From positions 73,532,001 through 73,596,000 of the forward strand of contig OX597820.1 in assembly GCA_951406725.2 (NCBI GenBank): a DNA stretch of 64,000 bases, given 5' to 3'. This DNA comes from Octopus vulgaris (lineage: Eukaryota). This document shows, piece by piece, positions 25,196 to 39,395 of the stretch (position 1 is the first letter of the stretch; each line of letters begins with the position of its first letter). Below the pieces are notes generated by a model, which saw only the letters and a program-made list of their open reading frames with translations, was not told the DNA's origin and did not search any database. Made by a program: the position numbers and the translations under genes.

Positions 25196-26346
25196 TATAT
25201 ACATACATATATATATATATATAAATATAATGAAAATTAAAGATTGGAGTTTATATTTTTATTGCATGGTTAAAATTCAATGGGGACACACATTATTTTA
25301 TCCCTTTTAACTTACTACACACACACCCATGCACATATAACCCACATTCATATAATGGACTTCTGAGTTCAAATGTCATGGACGTCAACTTTGCCTTTCA
25401 TCCTTTCAGGGTTGATTAAATAAGTACCAGTTACACACTAGGGTCAATGTAATCGACTTAATTACCTTTGTCTGTTCTTCTTTGTCACCACTATGTTTAG
25501 TCCCCTGTGGGCATTAAAGAAATAAATGTTTCGCCTCAAGTAGAAAGCATGTTAGCCCAGCATGTCACACAGAATGCAAATATCATACAGTTTATTGCTA
25601 ACCTTATTAAACCTTATTAACAATTGCTACATAGAATTAGACTACATACATTATCAAGTTATGATATATCAAGCAAAACAATTCACTTGGAATTATACAG
25701 AAGGGTGTTTGCAAAAACAATGTTTTGCCATATGTTGTTTAATTTTTTATGAAATATAGTTGTATTTTATCTTTTTTCTTTCCTTCTTCATTTGTTTCAA
25801 TCATTAGACAGCAGCCCATGCTGGAGCACTGCCTTGAAGGTTTTTAATCAAAGAAATCGACCCGAGTACTTAGGCATTTGTTTTTTTTTTAAAGTTTGGT
25901 TCTTATTCTCTCAGTCTCTTTTGACAAACCACTGTTATGAGGATGTAAATAAACCAACACCACTTGTCAAATGGAGGTGGAGACATGGAAAACAAAGACA
26001 CACACACACACAATAAGTTTCTGTACTGTTTCCATTTACCATATTCACTCACAAGGCATTGGTTGGCCCAGGGCTATTATAGAAAACACTTACCCAAAGT
26101 ACCACACAGTGGGACTGAAACCCAAACCGTCTGGTTGCAAAGTAAACTTCTTAGACCATTTGGCCACATTTTATGTAAAATATTTGTAACAAAATTGTAA
26201 AATAACTGAGATAAATAATGGATGCTAGAATTACAGATGTTGGCACAGTGTTGTATTAGATTAAACATTTGGTCCTCAGAAGAGAAGAGGTGGGTATGAA
26301 AGCCAAAGCTGCTCTCTTTAGTTCAGTTGATGTACCTATCCTCACT

Positions 26347-26684
26347 GACAAGGGAGTGCGGAAGAGTTCCTGGCTTTGAGTAAAAGAAAATACTGGAGGA
26401 TCAGTTATGTTTCTATTCAACATATTTTTGCCAGATCAGATTGGAGCCTGGTGCAGCCTCCTAGCTTGCCAGTCCTCATTCAAACCATCCAACCTATGCC
26501 AGCTTGGAAAGTGGACATTAAACAATGACGATAATGATGATGATATTTCCTTCTCAAGTTTACACACTTATTGCAGCAGTCCTTCAGTTTTTCTAAGTCC
26601 TGTAAAAGAGCTCAGAAGGTTGGACCTCCAGCCAGGCCTTTCATGATACCCTTAAAGCCAGGAGCTTTTCAGCACCCCCTTGTA
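26347..26684 (-). mobile_element. Third copy of the mariner MITE, with a nested RTE-tail fragment
   Basis: Same TIRs, with an insertion at about 26429-26545. Confidence 0.8.
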
Positions 26685-26954
26685 TGGTGAGTAATGACTG
26701 ATGAGTAATGACTGAAAGAGTAACAATTGCAAATACAAGCAGCCAAAAATGGGGATCCTCCAAAGGAATTTTGTAGTAATATTACTCAACAGTGTGCGCA
26801 GCTTAGAGATTAGGGAATTTCTCCGGGTTGAAACACTGCCTCTCCACATTGAGATATCACAACTCTGGTACTATAGAGATGTGATTTGAATGTTACAAGA
26901 AAGACTTCCAAAACAGCTTCTTTAAGCCAAGTCAACCAGCAAGAAACCTAAGAG

Positions 26955-27471
26955 TACCCTAAATCCTCGAGTATAGTCCGCCCTTGAGTATAACACGCAG
27001 GGTATTTTTAGTGGGCTGTACCTCTGAAAAACCTAAACCTTGTGTATAATATGCACCCTTTCTCTAACTTGAGTCAAGGAGATCTATATAACATCCTTGG
27101 TTTGTAAAAATGTATACGGTAACGTCCTTTATTATTATTATATATAACATAATGCATATGTGTAGCTTTTTTGTGCATTTTGTTTGCAGAAAATAAAGAA
27201 ATAATAGTAATAACAGAAATAACGTTTAATAAATGTAGCTTACTGCAAGTAATGGATGATTCTTTTATGACTTCATTGCTTTCAGGCTTAGCTTAGGGTA
27301 TTTTCGCACCCGACATCACAAAATGCGTCTGAATAAACATTGCCGGAGAGCAAATAGAGACTCGGACATTGCTTAGAAAATAATTTTCATTTTTAACCTT
27401 GTATGCACTAGGGATTTTGACCTTTAAATTTTGGGGGAAAAATTGCGGATTATACTCGAGGATTTACAGTA
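26955..27471. mobile_element. Tc1/pogo-type MITE
   Basis: TA-ccctaaatcctcgagtata ... tatactcgaggatttacag-TA terminal inverted repeats. Confidence 0.85.
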
Positions 27472-28283
27472 GACTACAAATGAGTTGGTTGGATAGCATC
27501 CATTCTTTGTGCTGGTCATGCTTGAGAATCCAGCTGGAAAGTGTCATGGTGTCATGAAAGTAGTTTCTCTCCTTGGAATAGTGGTCAGAAAAAATGGTCA
27601 GATGGATGAATGGAAAAACGAAAAAATATTTGTGTCAATATTGTAAAACATCTGAGTCAATATTGTTAAAATATCTAAGTCGATATTTGTGAGCTGCAAA
27701 GGGACTTGAAAGCTTTCCAATTCATTGAGACTTCTATTATATTGAATAGATTCTTGTCATTCACATCTTAGAAGTATCATTCATGTTTAGATTTTCCTCA
27801 TGAGGATGAAAAAAAAAACAATAAATCATTCATGCTGCTATTAAAAGAAATAAAGCTTCAGTGCTTTGGGCAATCTTTTAGTCAAAACCAACAGCAATGT
27901 TCACTACAACAGCAATTGGTCACTTCAGTTATTTTTGTTATGTTTTGCACATCACCATTGTCATCATTTAACATCTGTTTATCCATGCTTTGTTGGTTTT
28001 TGCTTGTGTCCCTTCTTGCACAAGTGCAATGTCTTCTATATTTTTTTTTAAGTCCTTTTTTTTTCTCTTTTCTTTTCTCTTTTACTTGTTTCAGTCATTT
28101 GACTGCAGCCATGCTGGAGCACCACCTTTAGTCGACCAAATCGACCCCGGAACTTATTCTTTGGGAGCCTAGTACTTATTCTATCGGTCTCCTATGCCGA
28201 ACCACTAAGTTACGGGGACGTAAACACACCACCATCAGTTGTCAAGCGATGTTGGGGGGACAAACACAGACATACAAACATAT

Positions 28284-28356
<73 letters not shown>

Positions 28357-29326
28357 TACAATGGGCTTCTTTCAGTTTCCGCCTACCAAATGAAACTCGC
28401 AACGCTTTGGTCAGCCCAAGGCTATAGTAGAAGACACTTGCCCAAGGTACCACGCAGTGAAAATGAACCCAGAACCATGTGGTTGGTAAGCAAGCTACTT
28501 ACCACACAGCCACTCCTGCACCTATTGTTATCCCTTTTATGAGGTTTAGCCCACTAAGGTCAAGTTTTACCATTCTTTTGATCCCGCTATGCTCCTTGGT
28601 ATTCTTCAGCATCATTCTGCTGCTTAGATTGGTTTGCACATCTTTACCAAACTGTCATCCTCCATACATATCACGTGTCTGTACTATCACATGTTTCTGC
28701 TTTACATACTGTTTTATAAATGGAAACTGAAAGAAGCCTTTGTGTGTGTGTGTGTGTGTACATGCCTGTGTGTGTGAGAAAAAGTATTTGTATATGCATG
28801 TGTGGGTGCGTTAGTATGCGTATGTGTGTTTGCATGAGTGCGTGTGTGTTGGCATATGCATGTGTGCATTTGTATATGCATGCGTGTGTTTGAGTGTTTG
28901 TATATGCATGAATGTGTTTTTGTGTGTGTGTGTGTGTGTGTGTGTATGCATGTGTGTGCATATTTGTGCATGTGTGTGTATTATCGTCTCCTTGTCTTAA
29001 CTTCTTGTGATAGTTGTGAATGAACACCACTGTGATGCAGAGTTCCATTATCACCATCATACAGACTCCATCATAGGGTGACCTGTTGTGCTTGAGGAGA
29101 CCTATTGAGTCAAGTACATCAACATCAAATGGAAATTGTAGTTGTGATACCTGTGCTGGTGGTGCGTAAAAAGCACCCATTACACTCACGGAGTGGTTGG
29201 CGTTAGGTAGGGCATCCAGCTGTAGAAACACTGCCAGATCAGACTGGAGCCTGGTGCAGCCTCCTGGCTTTCCAGACCCTGGTCAAACCATCCAACCCAT
29301 GCTAGCATAGAAAACGGACGTTGATG

Positions 29327-29366
<40 letters not shown>

Positions 29367-30214
29367 GTGTGTGTATATGTTTGTCCCACCAACATCATTT
29401 GACAACCAATGCTGGTGTGTTTACGTCCCCGTAACTTAGCGGTTCGGCAAAAGAGACCTATAGAATAAATATTGGGCTTACAAAGAATAAGTCCTGGGGT
29501 CGAGTTGCTTGACTAAAAGTGGTGCTCCAGCATGGCTGCAGTCAAAATGACTGAAACAAGTAAAAGAATATAACAAAGAATTATTTCCCATCTTTCTGTT
29601 AGTTTTGTTTCAGTTGGGAAAATAAAAATTTATTTTATGGTTTATTATTGTTTACATTTTGAATTATATCTGGAAGCACCAAAGTCCTTTGAGCGCTTAG
29701 GCCCTCTATGGGTCTTAATTCGGCCCTGCTTTCAGGTTTTGATAAAATAGGTACCAGTCAAGTACTGGGGTTTAGGTAATCAACTTTAGGTCCCTGTTCC
29801 AGAATTTGAAGCCATTAATTATTATATTTCTCATCCTTTGATTAAAAACAATACCTATACATAAGGTATAGCATAATCCTTTCTACTAAATGTACAAGGC
29901 CTGAATTTTGTTGGTGGGAGGACTAGCCAATTACATCAACCCCAGTGTTTCACTGGTATTTAATTTTTCAACCCTGAAAGACAAAGTCAACCTTGCAGAA
30001 TTTGAACTCGGAACGTAGTGTCGAGTGAAATACTGCTAAGCATTCTGTCTGGTGTGCTAACAATTCTGCCAGCTTGCTGCCTTATGAAGTATAACATAAT
30101 GTAACAGTTATATGACTGTATATTATTGTTTATACTTTCTTGTGTTAGTTGTTATGTTTTAGTCATTCAAAGAAAAAAGTACCCCCAAAAAATTAATAAG
30201 TGTGCAAGTATACC

Positions 30215-30252
<38 letters not shown>

Positions 30253-30459
30253 CCTGAGTAAAGTATATTATTATGTATATGCGAATGTGTAAATGTGTAT
30301 GTGTATATATGTATGCGTGTGAAAGAAAGAAAGAGACTGTGTGTATATATATTCATACATACATATTATATACATACTTACACACACACACCCATATATA
30401 TATATGTATACACACACACACATACATGTATATACATACACATACATGTATGTATATAC

Positions 30460-31727
30460 ATCATCATCATCATCATCATCATCATCGTTTAGCGTCCATT
30501 TTCCATGCTAGCATGGGTTGGACGGTTCTACTGGGGTCTGTGAAGCCAGAAGGCTTCATCAGGCCCAGTCAAATCTGGCAGTGTTTCTACAGCTGGATGC
30601 CCTTCCTAACGCCAACCACTCCGTGAGTGTAGTGGGTGCTTTTTACGTGCCACCCGCACTGGTGCCAGACAGAGCTGGCAAACGGCCACGAACGGATGGT
30701 GCTTTTTATGTGCCACCGGCACGAGGGCCAGGCGAGGCTGGCAACAGACACGAAACGGGGCGGTGCTGGCAACGGTCGCGAAACGGAAAGTTCTCTTACA
30801 TGCCACTGGCACTGGTAACACATCTGCAATTTCCATTGATCGATTTCGATTCTGATCCTCACTTGCCTCAACGGGTCTTCACAAGCAGAGTTTTGACATG
30901 CCACCGGCACTGGTAGCACATCCGCAATTTCCATTGATCGATTTCGATTCTGATCCTCACTTGCCTCAACACGTCTTCACAAGTAGAGTTTTGTGTCCCA
31001 AGAAGGGAAGGTATGCATACGTAGGCTGGCTCCATCCTATGTAGAAGGCCACGGGTTATGGACTCACTTGTCCTGCCGGGTCTTCTCGCGCACAGCACAC
31101 TTCCAGAGGTCTCGGTCTCTAGTCATTTCCTCAGTGAGACCTAAAGTTCGAAGGTCGTGCTTCACCACCTCGTCCCAGGTTTTCCTGGGTCTGCCTCTTC
31201 CACAGGTTCCCTCAACCGCTAGGGTGTGGCACTTTTTCACACAACTATCTTCATCCATTCTCGCCACATGACCATACCAGCGCAAACGTCTCTCTTGCAC
31301 ACCACAACTGATGCTTCTTAGGTCCAGCTTTTCTCTCAAGGTACTTACACTCTGCCGAGTGTGAGTACCGGCATTACACATCCATCGGAGCATACTGGCT
31401 TCATTTCAAGCGAGCTTACGCATATCCTCAGCAGTCACGGCCCATGTTTCACTGCCATGTAGCATGGCTGTTCGTACACACGCATCATACAGTCTGCCTT
31501 TCACTCTGTGCGAGAGGCCTTTTGTCACCAGCAGAGGTAAGAGCTCTCTGAACTTTGCCCAAGCTATTCTTACTCTAGCAGTTACACTTTCAGCACACCC
31601 GCCCCCGCTGCTGACTTGGTCACCTAGGTAACGGAAACTATCAACTATTTCTAGTTTTTCTCCCTGGAAAGTGACGGAAGTTGGTCTCAGAGCATTTTCA
31701 GTGTTTATTGTTCCTGAGCATCTGCCA
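30460..31727 (-). mobile_element. Second, shorter 5'-truncated copy of the same RTE LINE, in the fj intron (antisense)
   Basis: Near-identical to 7621-8980, with an in-frame TGA near 31406 and a (GAT)n tail near 30460. Confidence 0.93.
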
Positions 31728-32275
31728 AAAGACACACACACACTTACATATACATGTACATCTATATGTATATAAATACACATATAGATGTGTGTGTATA
31801 TATATATATATATATATGTACATATATGTATCTATACATATGTGTGCATGTATGTATGCACATGTGTGTCAATACATATCTGTGTGAGTATTATCTATAC
31901 ATATGTTCCAACACACATATGCTTACACACATACAATACACACATGCACCACACACATACGTACATGTATAGTGCGTTACATCAATTTTCATGCTTGCAT
32001 AGGTGGGGATAGTTTATTTGTCGGAGCAATTATTTTTACAGCTGGAGGCCCTTCCTGGATGCCTAACCACTTAACCATGAACAAATGTGGAGGAGCATGT
32101 TTCTTGTTTAGTCAAAGAAACAAGATTGTGACAGTAGTAAAACCTGAAAGTCAAAATGGATGTATAAAACAGTATATATATATATATATATGCATTCATG
32201 TATGTATGTATGCATGTAGGTATACACATGCACATGTGTGTACTTCTGTGTGCATGTGTGTATATGCATATATAT

Positions 32276-32323
<48 letters not shown>

Positions 32324-32391
32324 GTATGTTTGGTTATGTGTATATAAGTATTTATGTATATATTTAGATGGTTAGATAGATACATATATAG

Positions 32392-32426
<35 letters not shown>

Positions 32427-32458
32427 GAAATAGGTAGGTAGGTAGGTAGGTAGGTAGG

Positions 32459-32498
<40 letters not shown>

Positions 32499-32516
32499 GA
32501 GATAGGTTGGTAGGTG

Positions 32517-32549
<33 letters not shown>

Positions 32550-32604
32550 GTAAGTAGGTAGGTAGGTAGGTAGGTAGGTAGATACATAGATAGTAAGATA
32601 GATT

Positions 32605-32690
<86 letters not shown>

Positions 32691-34550
32691 CATATTTATC
32701 TTTTACTTGTTTCAATCATGAGATTGTGGCCATACTGGGGCACTGCCTTGAAGGGTTTAGTTGAAGAAATCAACCCTAAAACATTTTATTTCTTTGGATG
32801 TCTAATACTTATTTTATCAGTCCCATATATGTATGTATCTGTGTGTGTGTGTGTCTGTCTGTCTGTCTGTCTATTTATCTATTTATATATCAAGCTTTCT
32901 AGATACATACATATATATTTATGTTGTAGGTCAGTTGTCCATAAGTCTAAAAAAAAAGCACATTAAAAGAATTTCTTTGAGTAATGATATTTCAAGTGGC
33001 CAAGACAATGAACTGGCAGAACTGTTAGCATGCCAGATGAAATGCTTAGCGGCATTCCATCTGTCATTATGTTCCAAGTTCAAATTCCACAGAAGTTGCC
33101 TTTACTTTTCATCCTTTTGGGGCTGATATAAGTAATAGTTAAGCAGTAGGATCGATGTAATTGACCACAACTCACCCCACCCCCACCCTAAAATTTCAGG
33201 CCCTGTGCCTATAGCAGAAAGGAATTATTTTATGTAGTCATTGGTTATGGGCAGTCAGTTAGCAACCATTAGTTTCATCCCAATCATTACACTTAGCAAT
33301 ATAGACAGCCCACCAAACCTGCTGGTCAGGGATGCATAACCTCTTTACTCTTGTTAGGCCAGCAGGTGTTTCAAATTGCTTATGCTGCTAAGTGCTATAA
33401 TAGACATGAAACAAATTATACCTTTCCAACTGACCCTTCTTTCAACCTCTTCTGTCAAACCTTTATTTTTTAGCCCGACCAGCCACTAAACATAGAGGGG
33501 ACAAACAAGAAGAGGCAAAGGGGTTAAGTTGATTACATCAACCCTAGTGTGTGATTGGGACTTATTTAATCAACCCTAAAAAGGATGAAAGGCAAAGGTG
33601 ACCTTGGCAGAATTTGAACTCAGAACATAACAGCAGACAAAATACCACTAAGCATTTTGCCTGGCATGCTAATGATTCTATTCTACTCTAGACACAAAGC
33701 CCGAATTTTTTGAGGATGGGACCAGTCAATTAGATTGACCCCAGTAGGCAACTGATACTTAATTTATCGACCCCGAAAGGATGAAAGGCAAAGTCAACCT
33801 CGGCGGAATTTGAACTCAGAACGTAACGGCAGACGAAATACTGCTAAGCATTTCGCCTGGCATGCTAACGATTCTGCCAGCTCACCACCTTATCATTCAT
33901 AGATATTGAATAAGTACTAAAGAGAATAGAAATTATTACTGAGGTAGATATGATAACCAACTTAAAAAAATGAAAAATAGACTCTGAAAATGGTACTCCA
34001 ACTTACTGCACTCCCTTGACTAATATGACAAAAGACTAAAAAGACTATTGACAAAGACTAATAGAAACATTGATTTATCTAATTTTTGTGAGATGTCATA
34101 CCATCCAGATGATAATTACAGTTATGTTGATGAAAATATATTATTTTTCTTTTACAATATATTTCACTATATTTTGCTTTATTTAATGTTCTTATCAATA
34201 AATATACTCACATTACTATTATCAATATGAAATATCTCATGAATCTTGTTTGACAAGAAGAAAAATAATTTTCGGTTTTGGAGATTAGAAACAACATCAG
34301 GGTAGTTTTTATGATTTCCGAAAATGTCAGAGTATGACGAAATAATTGAATGATTTTTATACAACTTCCTTTCCAAATAAGATATCGGTTATATCTGTTT
34401 TATATCTACAAGAGTTCCACATAAAATATAAATATTTACTTGGAAACTCTGATGTATGTGTGTGCGTGTGTGTGTGTGTGAATAGATGTGTTTAATAAAT
34501 TATTTGATGCAATGTATATCACAGATAGGTAGAGAATATTAATACTACTT

Positions 34551-34623
<73 letters not shown>

Positions 34624-35218
34624 TAATAATAACAACAACTACAATGATAATAATAATAATCCTTTCTGTTATAGGCCCAAGGCCTGGAATTTTTGTGGGA
34701 GGGGACTAGCCGATTACGTTGATCCCAGTATTAAACTGGTACTTATTTTATCGACCCCAAAAGGATAAAAGGCTAAGTCAACCCCAGTGGGATTTGAACA
34801 CAGAACGTAAAGACAGATGAAATGCCACTAAGCATTTTGCCCAGTGTGCAAACGATTCTGCAAGCTCACCTCCTTACTACTGCTACTATACTACTACTAC
34901 TACTACTACAACTAATAATAATAATAATGATAATAGTAATAATAATAATGATAATGATAATGTTGTTGTTGATGATGATGATGATGATGATTGTGATGTT
35001 GGCACAAGGCCAGCAATTCAGGGGGAGAGGGTAAGTCAATTATATCGTCTGCAGTGTTTGATTGATACTTAATTTATCGTCCCTGAGATGAAAGGCAAAG
35101 TCGACTTCAGTAGAATTTGAACTCAGAAATGTTGCAAAGTATTTTGTTTGATTTGATATGCTAAGAATTCTGACTGCTCACTGCCTTCATAATAATAATA
35201 ATAATAATAATGATAATA

Positions 35219-35259
<41 letters not shown>

Positions 35260-35260
35260 A

Positions 35261-35368
35261 GAAGTACTTGAGAAGTTCATTGAACAAATAGGGGCTGCAA
35301 TATGGGTGGAGCACTTGCAGAAAATATCACTGCTTGGAACCTCTCAAATACTCTGGATGGTGCTCTAG
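35261..35368 (+). pseudogene. R4/Dong-like non-LTR retrotransposon C-terminal relic
   Basis: Translates as LEKFIEQIGAAIWVEHLQKISLLGTSQILWMVL*, matching the LQKxxLLGTxxILRxVL terminus of RLE-bearing R4-clade ORFs. Confidence 0.7.
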
Positions 35369-35417
35369 GCACAAGGTCCAAAATTTTGTGGGAGGGGGCT
35401 AGTCGATTAGGGCCTAT

Positions 35418-35638
35418 GGGCATATGGCATAGTGGTTAAGAGTGTGAGCTACCAATCCCAAGATTCCAAGTTCGATCCCAAGCAGTGACCTGAATAATAA
35501 TAACAATAATAATAATAACATCGAAAAATACCTTAGGAATGAGAACCCAGGTTTGAAATTTCCCCAAGACACCTGATGAAAGCTAGAAGGTATATCAGCC
35601 GAAACATTGTTTTAACAACAAACAAGATGAGGACAAAT
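35418..35638 (+). mobile_element. tRNA-headed SINE with 3' hammerhead motif (copy B, uninterrupted)
   Basis: A box tggcatagtggttaa, B box aagttcgatccc, (AAT)n linker, then gacacCTGATGAa...GAAAC. Confidence 0.82.
35568..35612 (+). ncRNA. Hammerhead motif, family A, decayed copy
   Basis: gacac-CUGAUGA-a-agcuagaagguauaucagcc-GAAA-CAUU. The CG of helix III has mutated to CA. Confidence 0.6.
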
Positions 35639-35918
35639 TTGAAATCAGAACATAAAGTCAGATGAAATACTGCTAACGATTCTTTTCCACTCTAGGCACA
35701 AGGCCCGAAATTTTTTTGTGGGGAGGAGGCCAGTCAATTAGATCGACTGTAGTACACAATTGCTATTTAATTTATCGACCCTGAAAGGATAAAAGGCAAA
35801 GTCGACCTCAGCAGAATTTGAACTCAGAATGTGAAAAGACGAAATACCACTAAGCATTTCGCCTGGTGTGCTAACAACTCTGCCAGCTCACCACCTTAGT
35901 AAAAATTAATAATAATAT

Positions 35919-36218
35919 GAGAAGTACAAGCCACTGAAAGATCAGTTTGCAATAATGTGGGCAATGAAGAAAGTAACTGCCACCCCATGTAGTTGTAGGG
36001 GCTCTGGGAACATTAGGAGCCAGGTTTGAGAAATTTGTTGGAGATATCGTGATTGACACAAGGGTAGAGCATGCCCAGAAAACTACTTTAATGGGGACAG
36101 AGAGGATTTTAAAACAAATATTTGAATGTTAAGTATCATGAAAGAAGACCGTATGAGACCAAAGGTTGTTGTCTGTTCTTACAGAATTAACTGGAGCAAG
36201 TGAAATGTTCAATAATAA
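35919..36218 (+). pseudogene. R4/Dong-like restriction-like endonuclease C-terminus plus 3' UTR
   Basis: EKYKPLKDQFAIMWAMKKV, frameshift, then VVVGALGTL...EHAQKTTLMGTERILKQIFEC* (stop at 36132). Bounded by AAT repeats. Confidence 0.75.
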
Positions 36219-37966
36219 TCTTTTCTACTTTAGGTGCAAGGCCTGAAATTTTGGGGGAGGGTCCAGTCGATTAGATTGACCCCAGTACACAACTGGTACT
36301 TAATTTATTGACCCCAAAAGGATGAAAGGCAAAAGTTGACCTTCGCGGAATTTGAACTCAGAACATAAAGACACAAAATACCATGAAGCATTTTGGCCAG
36401 TATACTAACGTTTCTGCCAGCCTGCCGTCTTGAAATGTACAATAATAATAACAGCCACAACAGCAACAGCAATAATAATAATAAGAAGAAAGATTTATTT
36501 CATTAGCCACAGGGGCATAGATGAGGGAAACACAGTCTATAGTTTGTGTGTGTGGTGGGGATTACATAAAAGATGAGGAGAAAGAAATGGAAGAAAATAA
36601 ACATAATATACAAAGATTGTGAATATGAATGATGTGGTCCTCCTGGTATAAGGGAAACTCCAACTAGGGACACTCAAGGAACCTCATAGATCCGGGATTA
36701 CCAGCACCACCAAAGGCACAAGCCCTTGCCCAACTGTTGCTCTCTAATCTATGGGTGTAAGCTTAGAGTAGGGCCAGTGGTTTCTGATTTTGGCCCAGCA
36801 CAAGACCAGCAGATTTATGAGTAAGTTTTAATTAATACCATCAATCCCAGTAATTAAATTGTTTCTTTATTGACCCTGGAAAGACGATGGGTAAAGTTGA
36901 CATAAGTAGGGTTTGAACTCAGAGCCAGAAGAGACAGAAAGAATACAGCAGAGCATTTTGTCTGACATACTAAGGGTTAGGGTTAGTTGTAGTTAATAGT
37001 AGTTACTAATACAAACCTGAGAGAGTTACTAGTACAAACCCTGAGAGTTGAGGGAATGGTTAGTCAATCCATACTTAGTTGAACAATAAAAATATGATTA
37101 CTGACAACTAATAATGTTAATCTCGTAGAATATAAATTATTTAGAAGCATATCTAATGTGATAACATCTCTTAGATACACCACTATTTGTCAGTTTAGTT
37201 ATGTACACCTCAACAACATCATCCCATGAAGTGCATTCTGCTATTCTGGTGCATATAAATGCCTGTTAATAATTAATTCCTAAGAGTTGAGGATTTATGC
37301 CACCCAATCAGTAGAACTAATTATGCTACAGAAATCAATTAAATTTACTGTGTTTGGAAGAATAATAGAAAACTTACTTTCATATTAATGGTGAAGTGCT
37401 TTCCAGCAATATGAGAAAAAAAATTGATCTTATCACTATAGCACAAGGAAATATAATAATGTATGGTATTAAAATGTGATGGTCTTGCCTGAAGTCATAC
37501 AGAAATGTAATAAACTGGTTTTAAAGAATTCATAAGGACTGTTTGTGTTACAAAAAAAAACTATTGAATTATTGGAGAAGTAAGATTGAGAAGCCCTGGG
37601 GTCCTCTGTTAATATAAATATGTTTAGACCACTTAGAGAAATAACAAGGTGTAAATTTAGCAAAGGCCTCTAAATTTAGGGGAGCAGATTAGTATACAGT
37701 CAAATATATCAGCCTGGTGCTTGAATGGTATTTTGTTTTAGTGACAAATAAATTAAATATAAACTGTTTTTACTTTTGTCTCATCAGACTTTCTAGTCAA
37801 AATGTCCAACCCATGCCAGCATGGAAAGCAGATGTTAAACAATGATGATGATGTCTCTAAAGATTTTCTATCAAATTTAGAGCCAGCACGGAAAGTTGCT
37901 ATGTTTTGTTTATGAATACTTCTATGTAAACAATGCAATCGAAGATAAAAAAATAGGTAATGGGTG

Positions 37967-38185
37967 TACTAGGGGGTGCTAAAAGTTTCTGGCTTTAAGG
38001 GTATTGCAAAAAGCCTGGTTGGAGGCCCAACTTTCTGAGTTCTTTTACAGGGCTTAGAAAAACTGAAAGACCATTGTAATAAGTTTGTGAATCTGAGAGG
38101 GGAATATGTTGGATAAAATCATAATTAACTGATCCTCATGTATTTTTTTTACCCCAAACCAGGAACTTTTCAACCTCCCCTCGTA
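37967..38185 (+). mobile_element. Mariner-derived MITE
   Basis: TA-flanked TIRs tactagggggtgctaaaagtttctgg / ccaggaacttttcaacctcccctcgta. Internal relic of the transposase C-terminus (LEKLKDHCNKFVNLRGEYVG*). Confidence 0.85.
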
Positions 38186-38212
38186 TGTATGATGTATCTA
38201 TACAGACAAACA

Positions 38213-38427
38213 TACACAAGCCGTTGCTGAAAAGTTATTGGTTTTGAGGGTATCGTGAAAGGCCTGGATGAAGGTCCGACCTTCTGAGTTCTTTTACAGG
38301 GCTTAGAAAAACTGTTGTAATAAGTGTGTGAATCTGAGAGGGGAGTATCTTGGATAAAATCATAATTAACTGATCCTCCTGCATTTTCTTTTACTCAAAG
38401 CCAGGAACTTTTTAGCACCCCCTCGTA
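38213..38427 (+). mobile_element. Second copy of the mariner MITE, 27 bp downstream
   Basis: Colinear with 37967-38185 and ends in agcaccccctcgTA. Confidence 0.85.
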
Positions 38428-39357
38428 GAACTTCAGCAGTTCTTGCTCCTTTTTCAACACCACATCCAGTACATTAACCTTCAATGAATACATTGCTTAA
38501 ATGCCCGCTAAGTTTAGCAGTGTAGCACTTTTGGACAGACCATTTTACATATCAAACACATTCCTGGCAGCTATTGCAGACATACTAATTACTGGTAGCT
38601 TATAGTTCTTAAGGGCACTGAACTAAAATGAGACATTTTGTCTGTCATCCTCTAATTTTTTTTATTCTTAAACAAGGATGTTGTTGACAGTAGCTTTGAA
38701 GTTTTGGCCGGCTGAGCCATCGTTGGACTGCATTGCATTAGAGTTAGCCTTGCTTTTATATAGTAACCCATTGGATTAATGTAAAATTGTTTTACAAACA
38801 TTAATATATACATACAGACACATGCATATATATATAGCGTCACCTTACTGGCACTTTTGCCGGTGGCACGTGAAAAAACATTCGAGCGAGGTCGTTGCCA
38901 GTGCCGCTGGACTGCCTCCTGTGTAGGTGGTACATAAAAAACACCATTTGAGCGTGGTCATTGCCAGTACCACCTGACTGGCCCTCGTGCTCATGGCATG
39001 TAAAAGCACCCACTACACTCTTGGAATGGTTGGCATTAGGAAGGGTATCCAGCTGTAGAAACTCTGCCAGATCAGATTGGAGCCTGGTGCAGCCATCTGG
39101 TTCGCCAGTCCTCAGTCAAATCGTCCAACCCATGCTAGCATGGAAAGTGGATGTTAAACAATGATGATGATGATGATAGGCACAGGCATGGCTGTGTGGT
39201 AAGTAGCTTGCTTACCAACCACATGGTTCCGGGTTCAGTCACACTGCATGGCACCTTGGGCCAGTGTCTTCTACTATAGCCTCGAGCTGACGAAAGCCTT
39301 GTGAGTTGATATGGTAGACAGAAACCACAAGAAGCCCATCATATATGTATGTATGTA

Positions 39358-39395
<38 letters not shown>

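Noticed and set aside
26698-26720. CTGATGA...GAAA spacing
   Set aside because: Arises from a short tandem duplication of gagtaatgactga. Helices I and III do not form.
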